Origin: Candidatus Binataceae bacterium
Lineage (GTDB): Bacteria > Desulfobacterota > Binatia > Binatales > Binataceae
Assembly: GCA_049795175.1 (NCBI GenBank)
Contig: JBARDN010000330.1
Location: forward strand, 1-60,086
DNA: 60,086 nt
Direction: 5' to 3'
Both the position numbers and the translations under genes were made by a program. Within the stretch, counting starts at the first letter, position 1, and each line of letters starts with the position of its first letter. Below are positions 37,555 to 46,094 of the stretch, in pieces. Under the pieces are notes generated by a model, which saw only the letters and a list, made by a program, of their open reading frames with translations, did not search any database and had not been told where the DNA came from.

Positions 37555-39525
37555 ATGAAATTCCGCGCTGACCGAATTGCGCAATTGATATTGATCCTCG
37601 CCGCCAGCGCTCTGTCAGCGATGCCCGTGCAGGCGCAGACCTCGCCGACGTTCAATCTGAGCGCGACTACGGACGTGTGCAACTCCTGCGATCTGACAAC
37701 GCAGGAAGCGCTTGCGAATGAGGACGATCGTCACGACGGCGCCGACGCGGGATTGGACAGCCAGGAACGCTCCGAGAATGTCTCGCACGACGAGGCCGAC
37801 CAGGCGATTGAAAAGGGCGCCGCACCTCCAGAACTACGGCAGGAAGCATTAGCCAACGAAGCAGAGCGGCATCAGAATGCGCTGAAAAACATACAGCGCC
37901 AGCAAGCGATCGAGACATCACGCCATCAGCAGATCCTTGCGAGCATCATGAGCAAGGCGGGCAAGCTGCTCTCCGATCTGATCAGCAATGCTCCGGTTGC
38001 CGGCGGCGCCCCGATCGGTGGCGGAGGAAGTCCTCAACCAAGCGGGCGGTCCGCGGGTGGCAACCCTGCGGGCGGCGACGCAGCAGTTCCGCCCGTGGCC
38101 AATGGCGGCGCACTGCCCTCTGGAGGCACTGCGCCGGGTGCTCCTGCGCAGGCGAGCGGCGGTGGCGCAAATGCGCCCGGTGACGGCGAGAGCTATGCCG
38201 GCGGCAGTCCCGGCGGTGTTCCCAGCGTATCTCCTTCGGCGCAACCCAGCCCCAGCTTGGCCGCAAAATTGGGTAAATTCGTTCAAGCCGCGGCCACACG
38301 CGCGATCAACGGCATCCCTCAGGCGCTGTCTTATTTCGCAAGCACCTCTCGTCCGGCTGCGCAGAATCTTCAAAACCAGTGGACTAATCCGATGAGCCCG
38401 CAAGACGCCGCGATGATGGTCGGCGGAGCGTGGCTCTCTGAGGCCGCTGGTGCCGGTATCTCAGGGGGGAAGGGCGCATACAACAATGCGGTCGCCAATG
38501 GAGCGACGCCGCAAGTTGCCACTCAGGCCGCCCTGAAGACCGGAACGTCCTTCTTTTCCAATCGTGCGGCGGCGATGGCGAGTGGAGGAACTGCGGGAGG
38601 ATCGATAGCTAACGGCGGCCTCGGAGGGTACGGCGGTCAAACAGTGACCAACGGAATGCCGGGTCAGCGCGGCGTGCTCGTCAACCGCGGCGGCGGAAGT
38701 GGCGGAGGCCCGGGAAATCCAACCGCGACTGGCGGGTCGCCTGCTCCTGACGAGGGCAACGGACCGCTCGGCAACTATCTCAAACCGAACTTCACTTCGA
38801 ATCTGCCGCCCGAGGTCGAGAACGCGCTCAACAACTTCAACAATGGAACCCTCGGCCAATCGGTCAAAGGAATCACACCTACACAGCTCCAGGGGAAAAC
38901 CTGGCAGCAGGTGGTGCAGGACGTTGGCCAAGCCGGCGGCGGATGGAAACCGGGCGATACTCCAGGGACCTTTAAATCTGGAAACTGGACGCTCAGCCAG
39001 AAATTTGCTCAACCCCTGAACTATCCGGATCCCAAGGGAATTGGAAATCCAGCGGCAGCCGAAACCGATTTGACCAACGCAAATAAAGTGCCGCAGATCT
39101 TTCTTTCCAACTCGGATGGTGGAGTTGTTCGGATAAAGCCTTGGGGCGTGCCGGGAGGTAACTACACCTCAATGCAGCAAGCGCACTACGCGCTGTATGC
39201 CAAAACAGCCCCCGACGCCGGTCTGGATTGGAACGCCGAGGCGTTCAAGGTCGTCGATGGACAGGCAATCCCAAAGACTCCTTTTCAGATCCAGCCACCT
39301 GCCGGCGTCCCCAAGTGGACTCCCGCCGGCCAGGAGTGGGCCAATGCGAATCCCGCCGCGACCAAGCTGCCGGACGGCGCGACCGCAAATCAATACTACT
39401 CCGAGGACTTTGAGAACTGGCTTCAGCAAAGTGGATGGCCCAACGCCGGACATCAGCCGCTTGCGAGAAGTTGGTGGTCGCCGAATGCTTTGGGTAAGCT
39501 GCTCGGTTCCTCGACTGCCGAATAA
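37555..39525 (+). CDS. Large secreted protein: signal peptide, short helical repeat region, long Gly/Pro/Ala-rich linker, C-terminal domain of unknown family
   Basis: Track ORF 37456..39525; ATG 37555 gives MKFRADRIAQLILILAASALSAMPVQA. The motif QEALANE[DA][DE]RH occurs twice. Low-complexity GGxPxGG runs cover about aa 145-400. The last 240 aa or so are non-repetitive (…GGVVRIKPWGVPGGNYTSMQQAHYALY…). Confidence 0.6.
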   Translation: MKFRADRIAQLILILAASALSAMPVQAQTSPTFNLSATTDVCNSCDLTTQEALANEDDRHDGADAGLDSQERSENVSHDEADQAIEKGAAPPELRQEALANEAERHQNALKNIQRQQAIETSRHQQILASIMSKAGKLLSDLISNAPVAGGAPIGGGGSPQPSGRSAGGNPAGGDAAVPPVANGGALPSGGTAPGAPAQASGGGANAPGDGESYAGGSPGGVPSVSPSAQPSPSLAAKLGKFVQAAATRAINGIPQALSYFASTSRPAAQNLQNQWTNPMSPQDAAMMVGGAWLSEAAGAGISGGKGAYNNAVANGATPQVATQAALKTGTSFFSNRAAAMASGGTAGGSIANGGLGGYGGQTVTNGMPGQRGVLVNRGGGSGGGPGNPTATGGSPAPDEGNGPLGNYLKPNFTSNLPPEVENALNNFNNGTLGQSVKGITPTQLQGKTWQQVVQDVGQAGGGWKPGDTPGTFKSGNWTLSQKFAQPLNYPDPKGIGNPAAAETDLTNANKVPQIFLSNSDGGVVRIKPWGVPGGNYTSMQQAHYALYAKTAPDAGLDWNAEAFKVVDGQAIPKTPFQIQPPAGVPKWTPAGQEWANANPAATKLPDGATANQYYSEDFENWLQQSGWPNAGHQPLARSWWSPNALGKLLGSSTAE

Positions 39526-39557
39526 GCGGAAACCTGGCGCGCGGCGATTCGGAACTC

Positions 39558-40286
39558 TTATTTATACAATCTTGATCGGGTAACGATCAGCGCGTCGGCG
39601 TTACTCATCTGTTTCAGCCGTCCATAAAAGAGACGCGCCGCGATGCATTGATCTCTGGCGGTCTGATGGTCCGGATTGGTGACGGTGCTTGCGACCTCCT
39701 CAAATTCCGAAGGGCCGAGCCCCGCCATCGTCCGGTTGAACGCTTCCTGGTACTGCTCCGCCGACGGAGCCGGGCGAATCGGAGTGTGGTTCACAGTCGC
39801 CGCTGCCGCCCGATCGAACAGCTCCGCCCATTGTTGCTGTTGATCATCCGGAAGCGACTCGATCGCCGCGACCAGATTGACGTTATCGCCTGACCATAGC
39901 GCGGCACAGGCTTTCGGGCGGGCCCGGTCAGCAAGTTCGGCGCGAAGCCGAATCAGCGTCATGATCGAGGCGTCGTCGAGGCGCTCGAGCCCGTCCGCGG
40001 CGGTGGCTCTGAAGACTTCGTCCGCCGGCATCGATCGGCTGCCGGGAATCTGTGCGCCCGTTATCACCGCTGCCTTTGAGATATGCGCGTAACCTTGCTC
40101 GAGTGTGGTTTGGAACGCTGACGGGGTTGGCGCGTTCCGAACCGCGTACCAGGTAAGCGCAAATCCGGCAAAGAGGAAGATGACGATCACCAGCAGCAAC
40201 CTCCGGCCCCATCGCGGGCGTTTTCTCGGCGCTGTGGCCTTCGCTGTTTGACTCGTGGGCATCGTTAACTCCTCTCGACCGGCCAC
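39558..40286 (-). CDS. Membrane-anchored (single N-terminal TM) helical protein, unknown function
   Basis: RKRPRWGRRLLLVIVIFLFAGFALTWYAV, then an Ala/Glu/Gln-rich soluble domain. Lies downstream of pyrF on the same strand. Confidence 0.5.
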   Translation of the reverse strand: MAGREELTMPTSQTAKATAPRKRPRWGRRLLLVIVIFLFAGFALTWYAVRNAPTPSAFQTTLEQGYAHISKAAVITGAQIPGSRSMPADEVFRATAADGLERLDDASIMTLIRLRAELADRARPKACAALWSGDNVNLVAAIESLPDDQQQQWAELFDRAAAATVNHTPIRPAPSAEQYQEAFNRTMAGLGPSEFEEVASTVTNPDHQTARDQCIAARLFYGRLKQMSNADALIVTRSRLYK

Positions 40287-40377
40287 CGTTTCTTTACCCC
40301 GCGCGCAAAGATGCTGCTACACCGGCGCATAGCGGACGACAGAAATGAGATGCGCAATTTTCTGACAGAGCGAACTA

Positions 40378-41235
40378 TCAGAGCTTTGCGAGGGCGGCGT
40401 TCAAGTCGGTGCGCATCGCCGCGGCGGCGGATGCGGCGGCTTCGGCGGGTGATTTTCCTTGCGCTTTTCTATACGCGTACATCAGGCTGCGGCTCGCGTT
40501 TACGATTATGCCGGTGCCGTCGGGGCGAGCGGCCGCGATCGCATCGGTCGCGCTTGCGCCTTGCGCGCCGTAACCTGGCACCAGGATGAATGCGTTGGGC
40601 ATCAGCTTGCGCGCGCGGCGGGCTTCATCGGGAAAGGTCGCGCCCAGCACCGCGCCGACCGGACTCAATCCGGATTCGCCGATATAATCGCTGCCCCATC
40701 CCTGGACCCGCGCGGCAACGCGCTCCCACATCGCGAGGCCGTCGGTCGCCACATCCTGGAATTCCCCTGACGAAGGATTCGATGTCCTGACCAACACGAA
40801 CACGCCACGGCCAGCCGGGACTTTCGCGATGAACGGCATCGTCGAATCGGCGCCCTGATAGGGATTGACGGTGACGGCGTCGCATCCGAAATCACCGTCG
40901 CCCAGAAACGCTTGCGCGTATGCGGCCGAGGTCGATCCGATATCGCCGCGCTTGGCGTCGGCGATCACGATCAGGCCGAGACGGCGCGCGACGCGCACCA
41001 CCTCGACGAACGCGCGCATCCCGTCGATACCGCGAGCTTCATAGAACGCGAGCTGCGGTTTGACGGCGCAGATGTGCGGAGCACAAGCCTCGACGATTTC
41101 GCAGCAGAAGCGCGCGAGCGTGTGCGATTTCGGAACGCCCGGGTGGTCTTTGGTATCGAGATGTGGATCGACGCCCAGGATCGCGCAGGAATTTTTCTGG
41201 CGCGCGGCCTCGGCCAGGCGATCGGCGAAATTCAT
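40378..41235 (-). CDS. pyrF: Orotidine-5'-phosphate decarboxylase, type 2
   Basis: Track ORF 40378..41418. MNFADRLAEAARQKNSCAILGVDPHLD, VKPQLAFYE, VIADAKRGDIGSTS, DAVTVNPYQG. Alternative starts at 41247 and 41271. Confidence 0.85.
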   Translation of the reverse strand: MNFADRLAEAARQKNSCAILGVDPHLDTKDHPGVPKSHTLARFCCEIVEACAPHICAVKPQLAFYEARGIDGMRAFVEVVRVARRLGLIVIADAKRGDIGSTSAAYAQAFLGDGDFGCDAVTVNPYQGADSTMPFIAKVPAGRGVFVLVRTSNPSSGEFQDVATDGLAMWERVAARVQGWGSDYIGESGLSPVGAVLGATFPDEARRARKLMPNAFILVPGYGAQGASATDAIAAARPDGTGIIVNASRSLMYAYRKAQGKSPAEAAASAAAAMRTDLNAALAKL

Positions 41236-41350
41236 CGCGCCGATCATTACACAAACGCCTGCGCCGCGCATCGTATCGCGCGGGCGTTGCATTTGCCGGC
41301 GCCGGGCGCGCATCTTTGTTGCACCCAATCTTCCAAGAGCGGTACTGACG

Positions 41351-42073
41351 ATGGCCCGAATCACGATCATCACGAAGCTCAGACTCATGGCGGTAATCGC
41401 GCCGATAATCCTGCTCATCGCGGCTCCGATTCTCGCGCTCAGCTTCTACGGATTCGGTGCGATGCCGGCGATGCTGCACGAAAATCAGTACGCGGGAATC
41501 GCGGCGGCGCGCGAGATGGAGAACGCGCTGTACAAGATGGATTGGGGACGCACGCAGCCGGAAGGATCGCAGATCGTCCGGGATCAGCAGCGCGGATTCG
41601 TGGGCTGGATCGATGCGGCCCGTGCGCAAGCGAACACCGAGGAGCAGCACGACGCGATCGAGAAGATCGCGCAGGCGGCGAATCCGATTTTCGACGCGAT
41701 GCGCGCCGCGCAGCCGGGCGACGACAGCTTCGAGCCGCGGCTGCGGGATTTGCAGGGCCTGGTCTCCGACCTGATCTCCGCCGATGACGCCGCGATGCTC
41801 TCGATCTCGGATCGGGTCGAGGCGCGCGCGCGGGCGATGATTATAGTGACGCTCGTAGCGGCGGTGATCGTCCCGTGGCTATGCTTTATCGCGATCGTGC
41901 AAATGACCGGAGGCGAGGGCGCCGCGCTGCGCGAGATTCGCCACCGCGTCGAGAATATTGCAGAGCGCGCCGCAGCCTTGCACGACATGGAGATGAGCAG
42001 GGACCTCGAGGTGATCGATACGAAGCTCGCGCAGCTCGGCTATCCGAAGCCCAACCCAATGCTCGCGGAATAA
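41351..42073 (+). CDS. Two-TM membrane protein with a helical periplasmic loop (sensor-like), unknown function
   Basis: Inside track ORF 41060..42073; ATG 41351 gives MARITIITKLRLMAVIAPIILLIAAPILAL. A second TM is IIVTLVAAVIVPWLCFIAIV, followed by a short cytoplasmic tail. Confidence 0.45.
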   Translation: MARITIITKLRLMAVIAPIILLIAAPILALSFYGFGAMPAMLHENQYAGIAAAREMENALYKMDWGRTQPEGSQIVRDQQRGFVGWIDAARAQANTEEQHDAIEKIAQAANPIFDAMRAAQPGDDSFEPRLRDLQGLVSDLISADDAAMLSISDRVEARARAMIIVTLVAAVIVPWLCFIAIVQMTGGEGAALREIRHRVENIAERAAALHDMEMSRDLEVIDTKLAQLGYPKPNPMLAE

Positions 42074-42074
42074 A

Positions 42075-42110
42075 TTCCTCTCCCTGAAAGGGAGCGGTAA
42101 GGTGAGGAAC
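42075..42110. repeat. Nested palindromic REP-like element (family C), second copy
   Basis: TTCCTCTCCCTGAAAGGGAGCGGTAAGGTGAGGAAC. Same architecture as 29751..29790. More degenerate hairpins follow up to about 42230. Confidence 0.55.
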
Positions 42111-42272
42111 ATTTTTCAGCGCGGCGCGCCAGCGACGCGCGATCTAAAAGAGGGCGCCGTGCAAGGCCGCCCTCACCCGCGTGTCAGTGGCACCTCCCGG
42201 AGGTAGAGGGTATCAGCGGGATTCGCGCTGTCCTTTACGAAGGAGAGGATCTTTCAATACCGGCGATGAGGC

Positions 42273-43256
42273 TCACCGCCGATACTTTGGCATTACCTCT
42301 TTGGCGAATAGTTCGGCGCCTTCCGGGGCCATGAACTGGCAGACAAAATAGGTCATCCGGAATTTCTCGATCCGGAAATCCAGTTCGCGTTTGATCTCGT
42401 CCACCGTGCCGACCAGCACTTGCGGCGAGGTGCGCGCGAGTTCCGGATCGGCGATGCCCATCGCTTGCGCGGTCGCTTTGATCATCGCGTCGGCGACGCT
42501 CTTTTCCTTCGCGATCAGCACGAAGGTTTGCCCCGACATCTCGATCGCGTCGGCTTTGCGGCCCGCCGCGCGCACGAAATCGTCGAGCATACCGATGCGG
42601 CGCTGAACCTCGGCGCGATCGAACTTCATCGCGTCGGACATATCGACCACGCCTTTGGTTACGGGCGGGTTGAGGTTCAGGATGTCGGCCTCTTCGGCGG
42701 CGAGTTTGAGAATCTTCTTGCCGCCGCCGCCGACCATGATCGGCGGATAGGGTTTCTGCACCGGCTTGGGATAGCAGTAGGCCTTTTCCACCGAATGAAA
42801 GCGGCCATGATAGCTCGGCTCGTCTTCGGTCCACATCGATTTCAGAACCTTGATCCCGTCGGCGAACTGCTCGATCCGCTCGGCGTTGGACGGGTACGGA
42901 TAGTTGTAGGCGACGTATTCCTCTTTGAACCATCCGGCGCCGAGGCCCGCGATAAAGCGTCCGCCCGAAATATTGTCGAGCGTCGCGATCATCTTCGCCA
43001 GCAGCGCAGGGTTGCGATAGGACATCGACGTGACCATCGGCGCGAGTTTGACGGTCTTGGTCACCGCGGCGACCGCGGCGAGCGCCGTGTAGCATTCGAG
43101 ATGCGGTGCGTTGGGCTCGGACATCAGGCCGCGCATGAAGAAATGATCGTCGATCGAGACCGAGAAGAAGCCGAGGTCCTCGGCCTGCCGCGCCATCGCG
43201 GTCATCGCGGCAAAGTCCGTAGTTGGCAATCCGCAATTGAATTTCACAGGTCGCAT
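42273..43256 (-). CDS. Luciferase-like monooxygenase (LLM) class flavin/F420-dependent oxidoreductase
   Basis: Track ORF 42273..43286; from ATG 43256: MRPVKFNCGLPTTDFAAMTAMARQAEDLGFFSVSIDDHFF..., GGRFIAGLGAGW, PPIMVGGGG (LLM TIM-barrel pattern). Confidence 0.75.
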   Translation of the reverse strand: MRPVKFNCGLPTTDFAAMTAMARQAEDLGFFSVSIDDHFFMRGLMSEPNAPHLECYTALAAVAAVTKTVKLAPMVTSMSYRNPALLAKMIATLDNISGGRFIAGLGAGWFKEEYVAYNYPYPSNAERIEQFADGIKVLKSMWTEDEPSYHGRFHSVEKAYCYPKPVQKPYPPIMVGGGGKKILKLAAEEADILNLNPPVTKGVVDMSDAMKFDRAEVQRRIGMLDDFVRAAGRKADAIEMSGQTFVLIAKEKSVADAMIKATAQAMGIADPELARTSPQVLVGTVDEIKRELDFRIEKFRMTYFVCQFMAPEGAELFAKEVMPKYRR

Positions 43257-43389
43257 GATGAAGGCCTCCGCCGCGGATTGTAGCATCGGTATCGCCGGCA
43301 GCGGAGCAAGCGCCCCACGCGAGCGTCACGCGAGGCGAAGGGGCTGCAGGGACGGCAGCCCTCCCAAGAAACATGACCTGAGTCTTAGC

Positions 43390-43424
43390 TGGCACAGGCT
43401 TTAGCCTGTGTTCCCGCACCGGCT
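43390..43424 (+). repeat. Double-hairpin REP-like element (family A), truncated copy
   Basis: TGGCACAGGCTTTAGCCTGTGTTCCCGCACCGGCT. This equals the reverse complement of most of the copy at 56186..56233. The second hairpin is incomplete. Confidence 0.65.
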
Positions 43425-43456
43425 AGAGGGTGTCGATAAATGGGGAGTTCTTGTCC

Positions 43457-43516
43457 GTCATCCTGAGCGGAGGCCGCCCCCTTCGACCTTGCTCAGGGCA
43501 GGTTCCGTGAAGGATC
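43457..43516. repeat. Palindromic REP-like element (family D: GTCATCCTGAGC...GCTCAGGG...GAAGGATC type)
   Basis: GTCATCCTGAGCGGAGGCCGCCCCCTTCGACCTTGCTCAGGGCAGGTTCCGTGAAGGATC, with internal inverted arms CCTGAGC/GCTCAGG. Single clear copy in this window. Confidence 0.45.
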
Positions 43517-43595
43517 TATGCGAAGCCCCGTACTGGGCGAGGGATCAGACGCCGGGCGCCGCAACAGTCTCGATTACCTGAGTCTCGGTCTGGTT

Positions 43596-44444
43596 TCATG
43601 ACAAAATAAATTCGCGCAGCGTATTCATAAAACGCGCGCGGTCGTCGGTGACGATTCCATGGCCCGCCTTGGCGAAGCGCACCAGGCGTCCGAGTCCGTG
43701 CGGCAGCGCGGCGGCGATATCCGCAGAGTCCGCAGGCGGCGTGACCGGATCTTCCTCGCCCGCCATCACCAGCGTCGGGCACTTGATGCGATGCAGGTCC
43801 GGCAGAAGATTGAACGAGGTTTCGATCACGCGCAGGTAGTGCTCACTCAACTCGGCGTTGGAAACCATCCGCGCAAACATCTCCAGCAGATGCGGGTCGG
43901 GCAGATAGCTGTAAAGCGGTATGCAGAGCCGGAAGAAGTCCGGGCCATTTTTTGCTGACGGATCACGGAAGAATCGCACAGCCGCTTCTGCCGCCTCGTG
44001 TCCGCCGCGCCGCTCGAAGGCGGCATAGACGCGCGCGAGATCGACGCGCGCCGCTGTGCTGCACAGGACCAGCTTTGACGGATGATCGGGATGACGCGTC
44101 GCATAGGCCATCGCGACCATCCCGCCGAACGAGGTGCCCATCACGATTGGCCGTTTGATCTCGAGCGCCTCGCAGAAGGCGTGAACGTCGTCGCCCCATC
44201 GCTCCAGCGTCCAGCGCTCGGGACCGGTGCGGTCGCTGCGGCCGGCGCTGCGATGATCCAGGTAGATGACCTGCGCGATATCGGCCAGCGGCGAGAAGTC
44301 AGGTTTGAAGACCGAGTGGTCGGCGCCGGGACCGCCGTGGAGCAGCAGCAAGGTCGGCCGCTCGCGCATCCGCGGACCGTCGGGAACCAGCGACGCGCCT
44401 TCGACGTCGAAGAACAGCCTGCCATCGCCAACTTGAACGCGCAT
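43596..44444 (-). CDS. Alpha/beta hydrolase (proline-iminopeptidase-like)
   Basis: PTLLLLHGGPGADHS (oxyanion HGGPG), nucleophile elbow GTSFGG, C-terminal GH. Confidence 0.8.
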   Translation of the reverse strand: MRVQVGDGRLFFDVEGASLVPDGPRMRERPTLLLLHGGPGADHSVFKPDFSPLADIAQVIYLDHRSAGRSDRTGPERWTLERWGDDVHAFCEALEIKRPIVMGTSFGGMVAMAYATRHPDHPSKLVLCSTAARVDLARVYAAFERRGGHEAAEAAVRFFRDPSAKNGPDFFRLCIPLYSYLPDPHLLEMFARMVSNAELSEHYLRVIETSFNLLPDLHRIKCPTLVMAGEEDPVTPPADSADIAAALPHGLGRLVRFAKAGHGIVTDDRARFMNTLREFILS

Positions 44445-44493
44445 GGCGATCGATTACTAAATTTCGCGCCGCGATGTCGACCGTGGCGCCGCC

Positions 44494-45162
44494 CTAGCGG
44501 TGCTGTCGCGGCGCGGGCTTTTTATCGGGCGTGCCGGGCGTTTTGATTTCGAGGCTTTTCCACAGGTACCACGCCGCTGCGGTCCGGTAGGGGCTCCATC
44601 TTTGTCCGAACACGCGCAATTCTTTCGGCGTCGGCGGCTGGCGCATCGAGTAGGCGCGTCCCACCGCGTTACGCACACCCAAGTCATCGACCGGCAGAAC
44701 GTCGGGACGCGCGAGATTGAACATCAGGAACATCTCGGCGGTCCATCGGCCGATACCTTTTACCCGGGTCAGGTCCGCGATAACTTCTTCATCGGTCATG
44801 CGTGCGAAGCGATGAAAGTTGAGAATCTTTTTTTCAACGTGCGTCGCCAAATCCTTGATGTAGAGCGCCTTCTTGGCTGAAAGGCCGGCCTTGCGCAGAA
44901 TCGCATCGGGAGTGGCCAGCACTTGCGTGGGATGCGGAAACGCGCGGCCGGGATAAAGCTCGACGACGCGGCCGTAAATCGCGGTGGCGGCTGCGCCCGC
45001 GAGTTGCTGAAAAATGATCGCGCGCGCGAGCGCCCGGAAGCGCTCGCGGCGCTGCACAATCCGGCACGCACCGACCTTGGCGATAATCGCCGCCATCACC
45101 GGATCGACGCGGGCGAGATGCATTCGCGCGGCGCGCGCATATGGTACGGTTAACGGCGGCAT
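44494..45162 (-). CDS. DNA-3-methyladenine glycosylase II family (HhH-GPD, AlkA-like)
   Basis: LTRVKGIGRWTAEMFLMFNLARPDVLPVDDLGVRNAV (helix-hairpin-helix plus catalytic Asp). Confidence 0.8.
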   Translation of the reverse strand: MPPLTVPYARAARMHLARVDPVMAAIIAKVGACRIVQRRERFRALARAIIFQQLAGAAATAIYGRVVELYPGRAFPHPTQVLATPDAILRKAGLSAKKALYIKDLATHVEKKILNFHRFARMTDEEVIADLTRVKGIGRWTAEMFLMFNLARPDVLPVDDLGVRNAVGRAYSMRQPPTPKELRVFGQRWSPYRTAAAWYLWKSLEIKTPGTPDKKPAPRQHR

Positions 45163-45222
45163 CGGAGTGCGCAGAATCTGCCATGACGGCGCGCCGGGAT
45201 CAAATCAGAGGATCAAATTCAA

Positions 45223-45669
45223 ATGACCGCAGACGCAGGCAATGAACGGCTCGAGATGCGCGCGGAAAACGTCCACGAAGGGACGCGGCTCGGTCCGGTC
45301 TTCTATATCGTCTCTGCCAAACAGATCGACGCATTCGCGCGCGCGATCGGCAGCACGAATCCTTTGCATGCGGGAACCGGCGCGATCGCGCCGCCGACGA
45401 TGCGCCTGCTCGATTACGCGTTGTTGATCGCGAAGCACTTCAAAGGCGGCAAGGGCGGTGTGCATGCGAAACATTGGTGCGAGTACCACGCTCCGATGCG
45501 CGCGGGGCAGGCGGTGCGCGTCGATGGCATCATGACCGACGCGGCGCACAAACGCGGCAAGTTTTATTTCACCCTCGAATACGAAACCCGCGACGCCGCG
45601 ACCGGCGAACTCCTCACCCGTCAGGCAATAACCTCGGTGCTGCTCAACCGGAAGGGGCGGATGGCATGA
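45223..45669 (+). CDS. MaoC-like hotdog-fold protein (non-catalytic-type partner of a heteromeric dehydratase/hydratase)
   Basis: 148 aa: FYIVSAKQIDAFARAIGSTNPLH...YFTLEYETRDAATGELL. Hotdog pattern without the full hydratase box. Confidence 0.6.
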   Translation: MTADAGNERLEMRAENVHEGTRLGPVFYIVSAKQIDAFARAIGSTNPLHAGTGAIAPPTMRLLDYALLIAKHFKGGKGGVHAKHWCEYHAPMRAGQAVRVDGIMTDAAHKRGKFYFTLEYETRDAATGELLTRQAITSVLLNRKGRMA

Positions 45670-46094
45670 GTGCTGAACACCGGCATCTGAATGAAGGCGA
45701 CGAAATTATAGCCGCGCCGTATCTGCTCGACGCCGCAGCCGCCGACGCATACGGCGCCAGCATCAAGGAGCCTGCGCGCAGCCGCAAAAAGAATATCCAT
45801 AGCGATCCGCAGGCCGCCGCCGCCGCCGGATTCGCCCAACCGATCGCGGCGGGCGAGCAGACGATCGCGGTGATGATGCAATTGATCGCAGACCGCTTCG
45901 GCGAGAGTTTCTACCGCGGCGGCCGGTTCGAGGCCGCGCTCATCAAGCCGGTGCTTTACGGCGACACGCTCGCGGCGCGTGCGAAGGTCGAACGGATCGC
46001 AAACGGATTCGCGGAGCTTTCGATCCGGGTAGAAAATCAACGCGGCGAGGCGGTTCTGACCGGTACCGCGCGCGCGCCGCTTGCCGCGCAATGA
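45666..46094 (+). CDS. MaoC-family (R)-specific enoyl-CoA hydratase/dehydratase hotdog protein
   Basis: Inside track ORF 45474..46094. ATG 45666 overlaps the previous stop (ATGA). NIHSDPQAAAAAGFAQPIAAGEQT resembles the MaoC hydratase motif. Confidence 0.65.
   Translation: MSAEHRHLNEGDEIIAAPYLLDAAAADAYGASIKEPARSRKKNIHSDPQAAAAAGFAQPIAAGEQTIAVMMQLIADRFGESFYRGGRFEAALIKPVLYGDTLAARAKVERIANGFAELSIRVENQRGEAVLTGTARAPLAAQ

Noticed and set aside
37981-38760. Repetitive-looking GC-rich DNA inside 37555..39525 as a possible tandem repeat or CRISPR-like array
   Set aside because: The repetition is at the amino-acid composition level (GGxPxGG low complexity). There are no regularly spaced identical DNA repeats.
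39526-40286. Membrane-anchored protein as an immunity partner of a putative polymorphic toxin (37555..39525)
   Set aside because: The genes are convergent rather than co-directional. The second gene follows pyrF on its own strand, and no toxin domain could be recognised.
42235-43419. 394-aa ORF in an alternate frame over the LLM oxidoreductase, extending into the repeat-rich spacer
   Set aside because: The composition is extremely Arg-rich. Its N-terminus (MREHRLKPVP) is just the translated family-A repeat. The LLM frame has clear family motifs.
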